Of a stretch of DNA of 64,000 nt, positions 1 to 13,074 are shown in pieces. The first letter of the stretch is position 1. Each line of letters opens with the position of its first letter. Position numbers and translations under genes: made by a program. The notes under the pieces were generated by a model. The model saw only the letters and a program-made list of their open reading frames with translations, had not been told where the DNA came from and ran no database searches. The stretch is from Rotaria socialis (lineage: Eukaryota). Location of the stretch: contig CAJNYD010000015.1 in assembly GCA_905331295.1 (NCBI GenBank), positions 248,001-312,000 on the forward strand, in the 5' to 3' direction.

Positions 1-152
1 TCTCGTGATGGTACTGTATCATCATCGTTTGATGATATTGTTAAAATAGTATGCGTTTTTCTATTTTCATTCGTAGGAGAAGTACGTTCGCCGATGGGAT
101 GAACTCGATGATGTTTTCGTGGATTTGATGAAGACGTTTCACCAACTTGCAT
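1..152 (-). CDS. 5' end of an unidentified gene running off the window edge (MQVGETSSSNPRKHHRVHPIGERTSPT...)
   Basis: ATG at 152, 50 open codons to the edge, host-like codon usage; no recognisable domain. Confidence 0.55.
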   Translation of the reverse strand, partial: MQVGETSSSNPRKHHRVHPIGERTSPTNENRKTHTILTISSNDDDTVPSR

Positions 153-1468
153 ATTTCAGTTTAACAGCTTTCAAATGAATGAAGATGGATTTTGTTTTAC
201 TTGGCAAAAGTAAATGAAGCTGAATGCATTCTGTTTACGTGCTACTCTAGAGAGGAAGAAAAGAAAAAGGAGAAGAAAAATAAAAAACTCTGTTTGCTCC
301 ACTTTCCACGCGTACGTTGGTTGAGAACAGATCTCAGAAGTATCGAGAAATAAGTTCTTACATGCGCAGGACGATTTTATTTATCTAACACAAGAACAAA
401 ATACAATTTCTCTTTCTCTCTCTCTCGTTACATTCTATTCATTATTGAAATATACATGTAAAAAATAAATAGTTCATCTCACCATACGTTCGTCTACAGC
501 CAATTGATTATAATGTACTGATAATAAATATCAAGCATATATCCGTCGGTGTCGTTTTTACTTTTTTTTCTTCTTTCATCGAAATGAAGCGAAGAAAAAA
601 ATATTTGCTGTTTTTTTTAATAATAGTAAAAATATAGCCGTTTTACTTGTTATCGCCTTCACATATAACTAATGACGAAACAAAAAAAATTACATGGTAA
701 AAAAAGTGCGCATATAAATAGACAATGAAAAAATATAAACGTGTTCTAGCTGATGCATATATGCATACACTTTTATTGCTGTCTTTTTTTTCTATGTAAG
801 TCTCTTCTTTTACCTTTATTGTATTTACTCAAGTCATTGCCTCTTGTACCGACACATACACAGAACGATTAGACGGCTAAAGTAGATAAACGATTTATTA
901 AATGTGTGTAATTTAGGCTTTATTTGTGGTATTCTTTAAGATTTTTTTCCTTNGATTTTTTTCCTTTCATTCTTATTGTTCGATTGTCGTCAATTCAACA
1001 TAGTCAAGGAGAACAGCGACAACTAAAATAAATATGTCTAGTCTTAGATGTATATTCTCATCATTAGCATCATCTACTTCCTTTCGATTTAATCAAGAAG
1101 AAACGATAAATTGATAATGTGAAGGCTGTCATCAAGGTTTTTCATGATAGTTGATGCGTAAATTTCTTCATAGATCTTTGGAATTTAGCCGGAAAAATTC
1201 TTATTACAGACATTTCATGTTTATTTTTTTGTAAACATTGTACATATTTTCTATCAGATGCTTATAATATATACGAGGCACAGAATAGAATTTAATGTTT
1301 TTTTGAAAAATTTTTTATTTTTAATTATCATTTAACATTCAAAAACAGTTTGGAATGGACTTTTCATACTATTCTACAATCATTTATAACTACATGTATT
1401 TATATATACTGACAAAAAGTGATTCAAAAGCAATCTATAAAAAAAAGTCTTTTTTTTTTAAATATTTT

Positions 1469-4247
1469 TCAACAAATAAAAAAGATATCTTTCAGTAAGT
1501 TTTGTTCTTCCGAATCTGCATTGGCATTCATTCGATTGTTATTCTTGAATTGAGGCTTATGATTTATCTGTGATTTATTTGGTACTTGTTCGTGCAATGA
1601 TTCATTCAAAGATAAAATTAAAAGATCTTCATCATTATTATTCATTGTAAAGCGTTGAGTTTGTATTGGACGGTTGACTTGTTTGTCAGAAATTCTAAAT
1701 CAATATAAATTTGTTTTTGTAAAAAAAGTCGTCTAGAGAAATTGCATTACTTGACAATCGGTTTTGTTGCTACCTTCGCCGGTGATGTAGCACGTTCGAC
1801 GACAACTTTTTTAATTTCATGTTTCAACGGCGATGTAGCTCGTGTTGTTGTTTGAATAGTTGAAGTTGATGATGATTTTACTGGTTGTTCCATTGACAAA
1901 TTAATATTTCGTTGTTGCAATTCTTTTTCAAGTATTTGTTGCTAAAACAAGACACCGGCTTTTCAACGAAATGAGAAAACAATAGCATCATCACAAACTT
2001 GTTTATGAAGTAATTCTAATTGTTTTTCCATCATCGATTGTTTTAATTGAAATTGTTCGCTTATTATTGAATGAGTCGTATGAGAAGATTGAATTAGATC
2101 TTTTTCATTCTTACTATGATTTGTAGGAGGTTCTTTTGGTGGTACATTAATAGGTGTTGATGACTAAATAATGAAGCATTACGCATTGCTACTATAAGAA
2201 AAAGGAGCGAGTCGTTACTCGTTGAGGATTTGGAAATTCATTTGATGGTGGTGGTGGTGTTGGTTTTATTCGAGATCTCTTTTCGTATTCATTTAACAAA
2301 ATTTTTGTTTCATTATAACGTATGAGAATTTCTAAATAAGAAAATTGAAAAAAAAACTGAATAAAAACAAGGAGACGAAAGTTTTTACTCTGATTATCTT
2401 TCATTAATTTATCGTAGTCGGTTAATAGTGTTTTCATTTGTGTTTCGAATAATTTTCGTTCTTGTTCGAGTTTACTTTCAACTATTTCTTTTTCATGACC
2501 AATACTAGAAATATCCGCAATAATTTATGTTTAACAAGATTAATTAGAAAATGTTGTACCGTGCAAGTTCTTTTATTAAATTGGCAATTTTTAATTTATC
2601 TTCAGGACTTAATTCTTTTATACCTTTAGACGATTGAATCGACGTATCGACAGAAATAGCTGATGACGCAGCAGGAGGTTGGTCAATAAATCGGACAATA
2701 TTAGTTGCACTTGGAACCTATAGAAAATATATTTGAGTTATAATCGATTGTAAAATTCGGCATATCACATTAAAAGTCGGCTTGACACGAGTATAAGTAA
2801 GTTAGAGGTGTGGCTTCTAATGCTAAAAAGACGTTATCGCTTTTCTATAGTGAAGCTTCAGGGTTTTTCATTGGATTTTTGGCTGCTTGATTTTAAAAAA
2901 ATCGTTCGATACCTCTAAATCCGTGTGAGTGCTCAGAACACTTCTGTACAGATCGAATATGTGTTTTGGTTAAGAAATGCTTTTTGGCGAGGGATATTTA
3001 CTGTTGACTGTTATCAGGGCATTCGTTTGTCAAGTAGTTTACCTGAATATTGATTTTCGATTATACAGCTGATCAAAGTCTGAATGCAGGTGTGAAATAG
3101 TGCTTGTAACGAGAGAACTTAGTTTATGAATATAAATAGGATTGAAATAAGAACTGCTTTCAATTGATCCCTTTGCTTTCTTACTCTCAGTGATTGCTTG
3201 TGTGTTTAGAGCTGTCCTCGATAAATACAAGTCAATTAGAGATTAACTTATTCTTTACACTGTATGCTCATTGTAAAAAAACATTATCGTTATTGTCTTC
3301 CATAGCTTCTTGTTCGAAAGTAGAACATCATATTCACGATGAGAAAACGGAGAGTATTGATTCAGTTGTGAAATTTTATATGTGCATTTGAACAAGTATT
3401 TACAAAACGATTCGCTCTCAAAATGATTACTACTGAAAATACGAGCGTTCGAGCCAACATCGATGAAAAAAAAACCAAAGAAAGAACAGCAGCTGGCATA
3501 GGACAACATTACGTTGCAATACATTGAAAACCTCTCCGACAGATATTTTTACTGATGCATACTTGGGGCAAAGACAACTAAAGGAATCTATTTGTAAATT
3601 ATGCTCTCATTCATTCATCATTGCTAACTATTATTAAAATTCAAGTACAAATTGTTTCAATATTGACTTAAAAGAAAAGCTTCATTATTTTATGGCAACT
3701 ATAAATAAATGAATTGAGTCTAGGAGAAGTTGATTTAAAACGGTTGAGGATATTTATTAGATATTTTTATTAATTATTCAGTACATTTTTAATCAGAAGA
3801 CGGCCTAATTTCCAACACAGATTTTATTGGACATGTTTTTCACTGCATGTAATCTGTAAAGTTTCATACGGATGCGAGTTTTACGCTATTCTTTAATATC
3901 TTACGATACTATTAAGTATGAACAGAATACATCGTTCGTATAATAGATAAAGTAGAGGACCCTTCCGCCTGATTTAGCGAATAAAATTTAGAAAGTTGAC
4001 TAAATCACCTTTGTTCGTGTTTTGGTTACTACAGACGGAGCAGTAACTTTATTTGTTTTTATTGCTGGCATTTGAGGATGTTGTGCTACTGGCTTTTGTA
4101 TTGTTGAACTCTGTTCTACTTAAGAAAAGTAAAAATAAGATAGAAGAGCGTGACAGAAAATAAAATATCAATATAATTACCAGCTGCATTTAACCAACGT
4201 ATTTTAACAGGATGTTCACTAGGTGGTACGATATTTTCATCAGTCAT
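1469..4247 (-). CDS. KIAA1328: KIAA1328/hinderin-like coiled-coil protein (multi-exon)
   Basis: Manual splicing: MTDENIVPP... then IKELSPEDKLKIANLIKELAR and a coiled coil, ending LLKDIFFIC*. Both motifs resemble hinderin as recalled. Includes a ~1.3 kb intron at about 2719-4009. Confidence 0.8.
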
Positions 4248-4255
4248 AATTTTAT

Positions 4256-4290
4256 CTGAAGCATATGAAAGGAAAAAAGGATCTCAGTAA
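4256..4290 (-). promoter_or_regulatory. Apparently unpaired 3' splice acceptor (candidate trans-splice site) upstream of KIAA1328
   Basis: Minus strand reads CCTTTTTTCCTTTCATATGCTTCAG|ATAAAATT-ATG; there is no GT between the DNPEP stop and this AG. Confidence 0.55.
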
Positions 4291-4360
4291 ATCGTGTAAT
4301 TAAGCAAATCGTTTTTTGAATTAAAGAAAATGCAAAAGAAGAAAATTTTAGTCATTTGAT

Positions 4361-6865
4361 TTAGTGTTCGATTGACTCGTAGACTTGTTTGAAATTTTTG
4401 TAAAATCCCTAAAAATAAAAACATTATAAAGAGAGACAAAATTCTTTTTAAATCAAGTTCTTACATTGAAAAACTCAATATAGTGTTCTAAAGCTTGTGT
4501 TGATGTCATTTCGCGAATCGAATGCATTGATAATTGTGGTGCACCAATATCAACTGTAGACATTCCTAGACGAGCAGATAATATTGGACCAACAGTTGTT
4601 CCGCATGGCATGTCGTTTCTCATAGAGAACTCCTTTAATTAGAAAATAAATTTACTAAAAATAAGCCAATCCAATTCATCAAAATATTACAAACCTGCAA
4701 TGGAACATTACTCAATCGAGCAATTTCTTTAAGTAACGTTGCAGTAAATGCAGTTGTCGCATAGCGATTACAACAATTGGTTTTAACAACAACTCCGCCA
4801 TTTAATAAGGATGGTCGATGATCACGATCATGAAGTGAACTGTAATTTGGATGAACACCATCTTTGTTTAAAAAAAAAAGAATAAAAGCAGCTTTCTGAT
4901 TTGTATTCTTTTATCAATAAACATACGAGCCATATCAGCTGAAACCAGGAATGAATTAGAAACGGAACGTTCATAGTCATCACGTGTCATTCGACGTAAT
5001 GTATGTTGAGTAAATTCGCTCATTGCACCCTGAGCACTTTCAGAGCCGGTCTAAATTTCAATCATGATACAAATATAAGAAGTCTTAATAGATCGCAATA
5101 ATTTTCATCAGATGTAATATACGTTGCTGACACTTAGTACACTACACTATATGAATAGAATCAATGAATCGTAATATACTCGGTATTCTTATGATAGAAG
5201 AATTCAGATTGTATATAAATGTTTAATAATAAAACGAAATTACTTATTCAAAAACTGATTTAATTGAATAATCATTTATGTCTATGTCAAAAAGTTATAC
5301 TCACTTCTTCATTGTCATATAATAAAACTCCTCGAATGAATGTTTCATCTGGAAGAGTATCCAATGAATTGATAAGGCCCTAGAAGAACAAAGTTTATTA
5401 TAACTTATACAAATTTCTGAATTTAGAAGTTTACTTGAATGGCACAGTATGAACTCATTTGATTGTCAAGCCGTCCTGAATAAATAAATTCATTGTTAAG
5501 ACCTCCAACACATGATGGTTGAGTATCGGCAAGCATTAAATCAAAAGTAATGATGTCATCGGTTTGGCAATTACATTCGCTAGCAAGTAATTGTAATAGT
5601 TGACTATGATGTTTTTTTGACTAAAATTAACCAGAAAAGAATGTGTTTTTTTTAGCTTCGTATTTTCTATAAATATACTTCATCATTTAATTTTTTATTC
5701 CCATCCGATGCTGTATCCTTTTCCTTTGTTGATTTATTGAGTTCTTCTTCAATCTTTAATGCCAATACAGCTTGTCTAAACATTTAAAAAAAACTCAATA
5801 AAAGTTGTCTCTCACTATTCTGTTGATATTCTACAAATGATCCTGTTTATTGATTTCTAATTTTTCATTAGTATCACGTTTAAGATGAATAGCAATGGTT
5901 GGTATACGAAGGATAGGTCGCTTTACATGTACAAAATGTCGACTAATTTTACCATTTGGTTTCTTTATTTAAATGAAAAAGATTGTCAAGATAATAGAAT
6001 CGAAAATTCATTTTTATACAAACTCGAAAGAAAACTCGTCCAGCCAATGTTAAATCCCGATCAAACCATGTATGCCAAATACCACCACCATAACATTCTA
6101 CATTGACTTGTAAATAATTACTTTCTTCTCGTTTTGATACAGGTTTTACCTATAATAGAATTATAACTCAATTGGTTTATGCGGGTATTTTCCATTAAAT
6201 GTTTGATAAAATGATTTTAGTTTCATTCTACAAACAAACATGAAAAATATTAACTTGAAAGCATATTTTTCATAGAGAATTATAACTGGTACTATTGACT
6301 ATAAATCTTTTTATATCTTCTAAGCCAAAAATTAGTCTGAACTACTTATCTTGAAAGGATTATTCTGTAAGAAATAGCAGAGTATTAGCGATATGCTTCT
6401 GTCGATTGTTTACTTGTGTAATCTAGTTTCATTACGAAAATAATATTCTATACATCAATTTTCATACCCGAAGGTGTGGTGAATCAGTATGTGCTGCTGT
6501 TAAAGCAAAGCCATTTCCATTTTTATATTTTCCACCCACAGCAAACGCTCCAACACATGAATCATCTTTAATAACAAAATACTAAAGAAATCGAAAAACA
6601 AAATATTATTTTAATTACAATTCCTTTTCTTGTTTTACTTTTCCCAAAGGTTCAATATTCCATTGTTCATGTTCCCGTAGTTCTTTAAAACCTACCGATG
6701 TCAATGTCGTTTTAACATTATCAACACCTTCGAAATACATTTTTATCCAATCAAAGACAATATTTTATGAATTAAAAGCTCACAATGAAATGCTGTTGGA
6801 CTTTTATTAATAAAGTCAAGAAATCCTGCAACATTTTTTGATACTGAACCTGCCAATGACGTCAT
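4361..6865 (-). CDS. DNPEP: Aspartyl aminopeptidase (peptidase M18), multi-exon
   Basis: Spliced exons give [58 protein letters not shown]; the metal ligands are present. Ends ESIEH*. Confidence 0.95.
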
Positions 6866-7542
6866 CTGAAAAATCAATAGAAATTATCTCATTGAATTCC
6901 GTACCACATACCCTTCGAATAAAAAAATTATAGCGAGAGAGATTATTGAAAATGATTGACATCTTAAAATTAGAAAAAAACAAAACAGAAAAAAAGAAAA
7001 ATTTCTATTGAGAGATAAACAATTATTTCTGTATTCCCTACATCAATATTACTTAGTTGTAATAAGAAAAAAAAACAAGCTGATAACAATATTAAGATAA
7101 CTGAACCAGTCTTTAAAAAGAAAAAAAACAACAAGGAAGAAATTACTAGTTGTATTTTTCATTCATAATAGAAATTGAAGCTTCAAACCAATCGAACAAA
7201 GTCAAATTCAATTGAAACAAATTTATTTCGAACTTCAAGTTTCAACCAACAAGAAAAAATGTCATATCATCTTCACTATCTGACCTCTGCTTTTCCTGTC
7301 GGGCCAAGAGTACAGGCACAAGAGAGTTAGTTTTTATTGTTGATTACAAGTCGGATGAAATTTAGAAGTTTAAATAAAATCATTTTAAAAGAAATCAAAC
7401 TGGTTCATTTTGAATTCGACTGTTAAATATTACACAAATCATAAATTATCGTCCATAACAAAAGAAATTCAACAAATTAAATAACAAAATGATAGCACTG
7501 TAAATAATTTTTGTAAAAGAAAAGAAAAATAAATAAATAATA

Positions 7543-10500
7543 TTAATAATAAATCTCAGTCCATTCCCATTTTTGAGAATCTTTCGTTTTATTGCATTCA
7601 AGTAATTTTAAACTATGACCATCTGTGTCCATACATAGCTGCTGTTTATTACTTCGAATTTGTTTTGTTGACTAAAAAGGAAATAATAAGAAAAAGATTT
7701 TAAAAAATATATGATATTTTAGTCGCTTGTTCATTTATTACCTTATCGTATTGCCATTCTCCAACTGGATTCCATCGACCTTGATGATCCAAACAAAACT
7801 TCTTTTTAACTATATCATGATCAGATGCAAAACAATGTTCACCGGCTGATATTTCACCACCTTCATTAAGACGCCAAACCTGCTATAGGAAAGAGAACAA
7901 ATTGATGTGAAACACCTGAATAGGCAATGTAGATTTTATAGTGCGAGAAAATTTAGAAATAACACCTAATAGATGAAAGTCATCTTAATTTTGACACTTC
8001 TTCTCAATAATGTTACGTGAAGCTCAGAACTATCGTTACGACTAAAAATGTCATTAAAAACAAATAATTCGATGCAAATTATTAGTCGACTCCTCGCATT
8101 ACCTATGCAATCCTAGTATAGACTAAGAAAGAAACAAATATGTTTGAGTATCACTTTAAGTTTAGACTCTAAACGTTGATTATTCAAGGAGACAAAATTT
8201 TTCAAAAGCACTTCAGCGCACAAAAATGGCGACACATGGCTGTTTGTCGCTCACATTTGGAACCCCGATTGTCATCGAAACATGCCGACTTTTTTCTGAG
8301 TTGAGACGAATTTTTGAAAAATTTTGTTCACTTGAACATGAAAATACTATTGAATTATCTCGCCTTTATGAATAATGATTGATAATACCACTTCATCCGT
8401 GAGTTCTATTAGACATTATTCTTTTCGTATTCAATGCCTCTCCAATGATTTCAATAAAAACAAAATTACGAATGCTATGATTTCGATGTAAACATGCAAA
8501 GAAAAAGTTAGACGAAAATGTATACGGCGTATCAGTATCCAAACTTTCGTTGAAAGGCATAGCTTTTACGAAAAAATGACTATTAAAACGTGTACGACGG
8601 AAAGACAACATATTTTCACTTTTATACTATAGACTGTTTGATTTGAATTTTGAAAGACCTGTTTAGATAGATAAGTATACCTATGATTGATTCACAATGG
8701 ATGAATGTGATACCTTTGAACTTAAAAGTAGTAGTTTGGTCACTTCAACTCCTTTCGAAAGATGAATTTTTTTATCGAATACCAGTTCGAAAACAACCGT
8801 TCAATAGAGCTTTTAATTACAGTAGTATACCGCGACTATTTTAAATCAATGCCTATTTTCCAAGACGATAATGATGAAAATCATCAAAAAATATTGGTAA
8901 ATATATCAGGTGTCAAATTTATAATCATGCATTTTACTTAAATCCGACTTCAAGCTATCTTCCCATAGATTCATTTTCATGTTAACTTTCTCTATTGACG
9001 ATCAGATTTTATATCAAAATATAAAATCTGTTCGAAATGGAGCAATTTAGACGACAAACATTTACTTCATAAAGTTAAATCAGACGTAAACTAATATAAT
9101 CATATCGACTACACCGTTTTGTTTTGTTCTTTCATGACTGTTGTCAAGCATCTAATCTCATCGCAAATATTGACCGTCCTCCAGCTTTCATCCTAAAATC
9201 ATTTATCAAGTCAACTTTAAACAACAGTTGCACTTGCGATTAGCTTGACGTGAAAAAGTTCAACGATAATTATTTAGTTATTCTACATTGTCCGTGCTAT
9301 AGATTAGTATGGCGTCAAATAATGCTGTGCTCTAAACAAATATAATTTCTCGCACAAAATTAAACTAGTTTCTTACTTGTCTATAACAACCACTGACACC
9401 AATTGGCTGACCAAATGAAGCACCTTGATCAGCTAAACAAACTGAATGTTGAACATTTTTACACTAAAAATAAGTTTTTACAAATTTTTAAAAATAAGAA
9501 AAAGCAGTAGCTTTTATACTTCTCCCCAGACGACATTTTTTGGTGGTGGTGGAAATTTTTGTAAAGCATCATATGCAATAGTTTCCATAAACCATTTAAA
9601 TGATTTACATTTTAATTGTTCTCTCAATTTTTTCCTTTCGGATATATCACCATAATCTAATTTACGGATAGCGGGCTCACGTATAAAATAATACTCAGCA
9701 TATTCATCCATCCAAACTTGAGCTAAACGTATATGATTTACAGATATTTGATGTGGACTTGAGCCGGGTACGGGCGATGAGTGACTTCGTGGACCACGAT
9801 AGGCATGTGCGACATGAGAACATGGTACCCATTCAACAACACCACCGCATTGCCAAACTTTAAACGATAACTCATATCTGAAGTATCAAATAGAAGTTTT
9901 TTTTTCTGAAAAATTGTTTTTCAATAAAAACATCAACATACTGTTCAGCTCCCCACACTTTTATTCCTGGATCATATGCACCTAATTCAAAGAACCATTG
10001 ACGATCAATAGCTAATAATCCACCTGCATGTGTTGGTGACCTAAAAACAAAAGGAATTTATTGAAAGAAAAAAATTATTGCAATATACCAATAAGGTTCT
10101 GATGAATATTTTCTTTTTCTTAATTCTTGTTCTGGTACTTCAGTTTCTTTATATAAAAATCCCCATTCCCAAATACCACGAAAATTTGTTGAACCATATA
10201 TATTTGAATGTTCGAAAGTTTTCCATTCAATACCATCTACAATTGGAACAGCCAATGCTTTACGATTAATTGCAATGCGTGTCAATAATGGTGGAAGCCA
10301 ATTAACAACCTAATAACAACAGAATACGAACGTTTTGAATTAACTCAATTTTAAAACATACACATTCACAATGAGCATCAAGTATAACAATAACATCACC
10401 AGTTGATTTATCTGCACCAAGTGTACGTGCAGCAATCAAACCGACACGTTTTCCTGTTCGATAAAGTTTAACAAGACCATTCCAGCGTTTGATATATTTT

Positions 10501-11452
10501 TCTAATGGTTCCAGTAAAGCAGCTAGAACAAGAACAATTTTTTTCTCATGACATACATACAATATTGAAGAAATACATACGATCACTACTACCATCATCA
10601 ACAAGAATTATATCTTTTAGTAATTCTTTAGGCGACGTATTGATCACACTATGTATAGTACGTACTAAAACACTCCAGCCTTCATCAAAAAAGACAAGAA
10701 TGACAGAAGCTGTTGGTAAATGCTGTACATCAGGATAAATCCAATTTTTGCATCTATAGATAATTGAGTAAAAAGATACGATTAGAAAAGTTCGGTTTTT
10801 TCTTGCATAGGATCGATTAGTTTTCAAGCTTCATAGAGAAATTTAACGAATCTATTAGTTTGTTATTAGAAACTTTTACTATGTCGGAAGTAGAGAAATA
10901 TCATGTCGAAAAATCTCCTAAAAGAACTTGATCATGTCTTACTCGTCTGGTCTTGTATCTTTAATGTTTCTATCCATGGAAATTTTATCCGAAACGACCA
11001 TATTAAAACCATATTGAGATATTGTTCGTTGCGCTGCTTGTTCTTCATCGGGAGAAAGAATTACAGGAATTCCTATTGAACAAAAATAAATGATGTCTAT
11101 AATCTTTGAAATTTAAATTTTATTTACCTCCTTCACCTGGACCCGTTTGCGTGGGTCTATCTTTCAATTCATAATTTCCTAGGGAGTCACTCATTACTGG
11201 TTGTAAACCATTTGTTTTCGTTAGAATTCTAGCTTTCGAAACGTCTTGATTTCCTTTACTATCCTATGTGTTTGAAGAAAATTATTAATAAAATGAAGAG
11301 ACAGAAGTTTTCGTTTTTACATCATCTCTTGTATCTTCAACAGTTGATATTGTATTGCCAGAATCGAGTTTGGACAAAAGAAAAGGTACAATAACAACGA
11401 GGCATGCAAGTCCAATCACTAAACGAACTATACGTCCAACCCGATATCGCAT
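7543..11452 (-). CDS. Polypeptide N-acetylgalactosaminyltransferase (GT27, GALNT7/10-like) with ricin lectin domain
   Basis: Type II N-terminal TM anchor, GPGEGG stem, [14 protein letters not shown] (DxH), [25 protein letters not shown]-terminal QxW-type repeats ending [10 protein letters not shown]. Confidence 0.95.
8183..8336. mobile_element. Small foldback/MITE-like element in a GALNT intron
   Basis: 25-bp terminal inverted repeats: TTCAAGGAGACAAAATTTTTCAAAA versus reverse complement TTCAAGTGAACAAAATTTTTCAAAA; weaker symmetry continues inward. Confidence 0.65.
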
Positions 11453-12728
11453 TTTTCAATGTATAACTTATATTAGTCTAAAATTTGAATCAAAAATTCT
11501 AAACTATACTTCATTCACCGAAACATTTTGGATCGTAGTAAAGTATGGACTTTTCATCTGATTGGATTATAATTTTTATATATGATGTGAGCCTATTATT
11601 CGCTGTGTTTTGCATGTTTGGTTCATTTCTGTGGACCAATCTATTCTTATCTTTTGTCCTCCGTGTGATTAAGAAAGACAAATGTATATACGTTTTTTTT
11701 GATAAATTCCATTATTGCCAAATGAATTAAATTATCGAAAATGAATCTCAGTTAAATGTGATCGATGTTACATATAGCAATTATGTGTTAGGTAATTACT
11801 TCATCATATCAAGTCAGTTGGTTGCCAACGTCAGATGGTTACCTGACGATGAGAGTGAGCCTCGAGCCTCAGTTGGCTTTGGTCAATTGAGACTCAGTTT
11901 CACGGAACTTTTGACTTGACATTCCACGATGATATATTGTGTTCAAACGCCTTGCACACTTATGCACGAGTGTCGCAAGCAGAAGGTGACTTCCTCAGTA
12001 ATCAGAAATTGCTTTATTATATTGACTGGAATATAAAATTTGGTATGCGATATATAACTTCGCAAAGATACAGATTCAAACGATTGTTTTCAGCAAAACG
12101 AATTCTATAGAAATATCAAATATTTTTCGCTGTGCGAAAATTTAACAACTGTCTTATGGTAGCCAACTTGAAAGATCTCTGGAATTTTTGTAGACAGCTT
12201 CGTTGTAAAATATTTCTTGGAAACGTGAACGTTTCAGTGACTGAACTTTCAAAATAAGTCTCGTCTGAATTAAATCTGAAGACATCTTGTTTCTAAATGT
12301 GTAAAAATGATTGTACTCACGAGAATTTAACGACTATATGAACGGCAATAGCAGCTGCAGAATCCTAAGCCATTTTTCGGAAATTTATTATTTTTTTCTA
12401 AGGGCTTCATTTTTTGATCAAACGTCACGAACATGGGCACCTGTGACATTGATCAATTTTTCATTCAAATTGCTTTTCCTGAAGAGACTACAAAAAGAAC
12501 AGAATTTATAGACATTTTTAAAAAACGATTTTCACTTCACGACAAATTGTGTTGAGTTTCGAACGGTTTTATGGAGCTGTCTCGAGGCTCGACTTTTTTT
12601 CCATTGAACTTAGTTGAATGGAATAACGATATTCGTGCACTCTAGACTAGAGAAAAATGAGCACTAGCGTCAGTGTGAAATCTGTTTGATTCTCAACGTT
12701 ACCAATATCTCGTGACACTTCTCTGGAG

Positions 12729-13074
12729 CCCAGGTGAATGAATCCGACAGTGAATCCTATCTGATTTCATGGGATCCGATAAGCCGACAAATCCGATCAG
12801 ATTTCTGGTCTAGGACCTACTAACGGATCCGACGGTAAAACCAATTTTCTTAATCACCAATGAATAAGCATATGGTGCCAACAGAACACATGGCTCGAAT
12901 GCTTATGTTGGATTCCGTTAAATTCAGACACTGGAACCTATAGAATGTCAACACTAGGGTTCCAAATGAAGGTTCCACGCCCGGATATCGATAGGATTTC
13001 GTCAGTTTAATGGAATCCATACTATATCCGACACGAATTCGATAGGATCCCACTATCGGAATCATTTTCCTGTG
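12729..13074. mobile_element. Non-autonomous DNA transposon (MITE), CMC/EnSpm-like ends
   Basis: Imperfect ~35-bp TIRs (CCCAGGTGAATGAATCCGACAGTGAATCCTATC versus rc CACAGGAAAATGATTCCGATAGTGGGATCCTATC), AG on both flanks, many internal ATCCGA/GGATCC/GAATCC motifs, higher GC. Confidence 0.75.

Noticed and set aside
3039..3524. Short overlapping ORFs inside the long KIAA1328 intron
   Set aside because: No recognisable domain or consistent codon bias; possibly decayed repeat sequence.
7055..7066. Minus-strand CTTATTACAACT resembles part of the bdelloid spliced-leader exon as I recall it
   Set aside because: Only 12 AT-rich nt; no following AG|GT donor or Sm site, so not an SL RNA gene; the reference sequence is from memory.
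11857..12590. 10-bp inverted pair GAGCCTCGAG / CTCGAGGCTC as possible transposon ends
   Set aside because: Does not extend convincingly and shows no target-site duplication.
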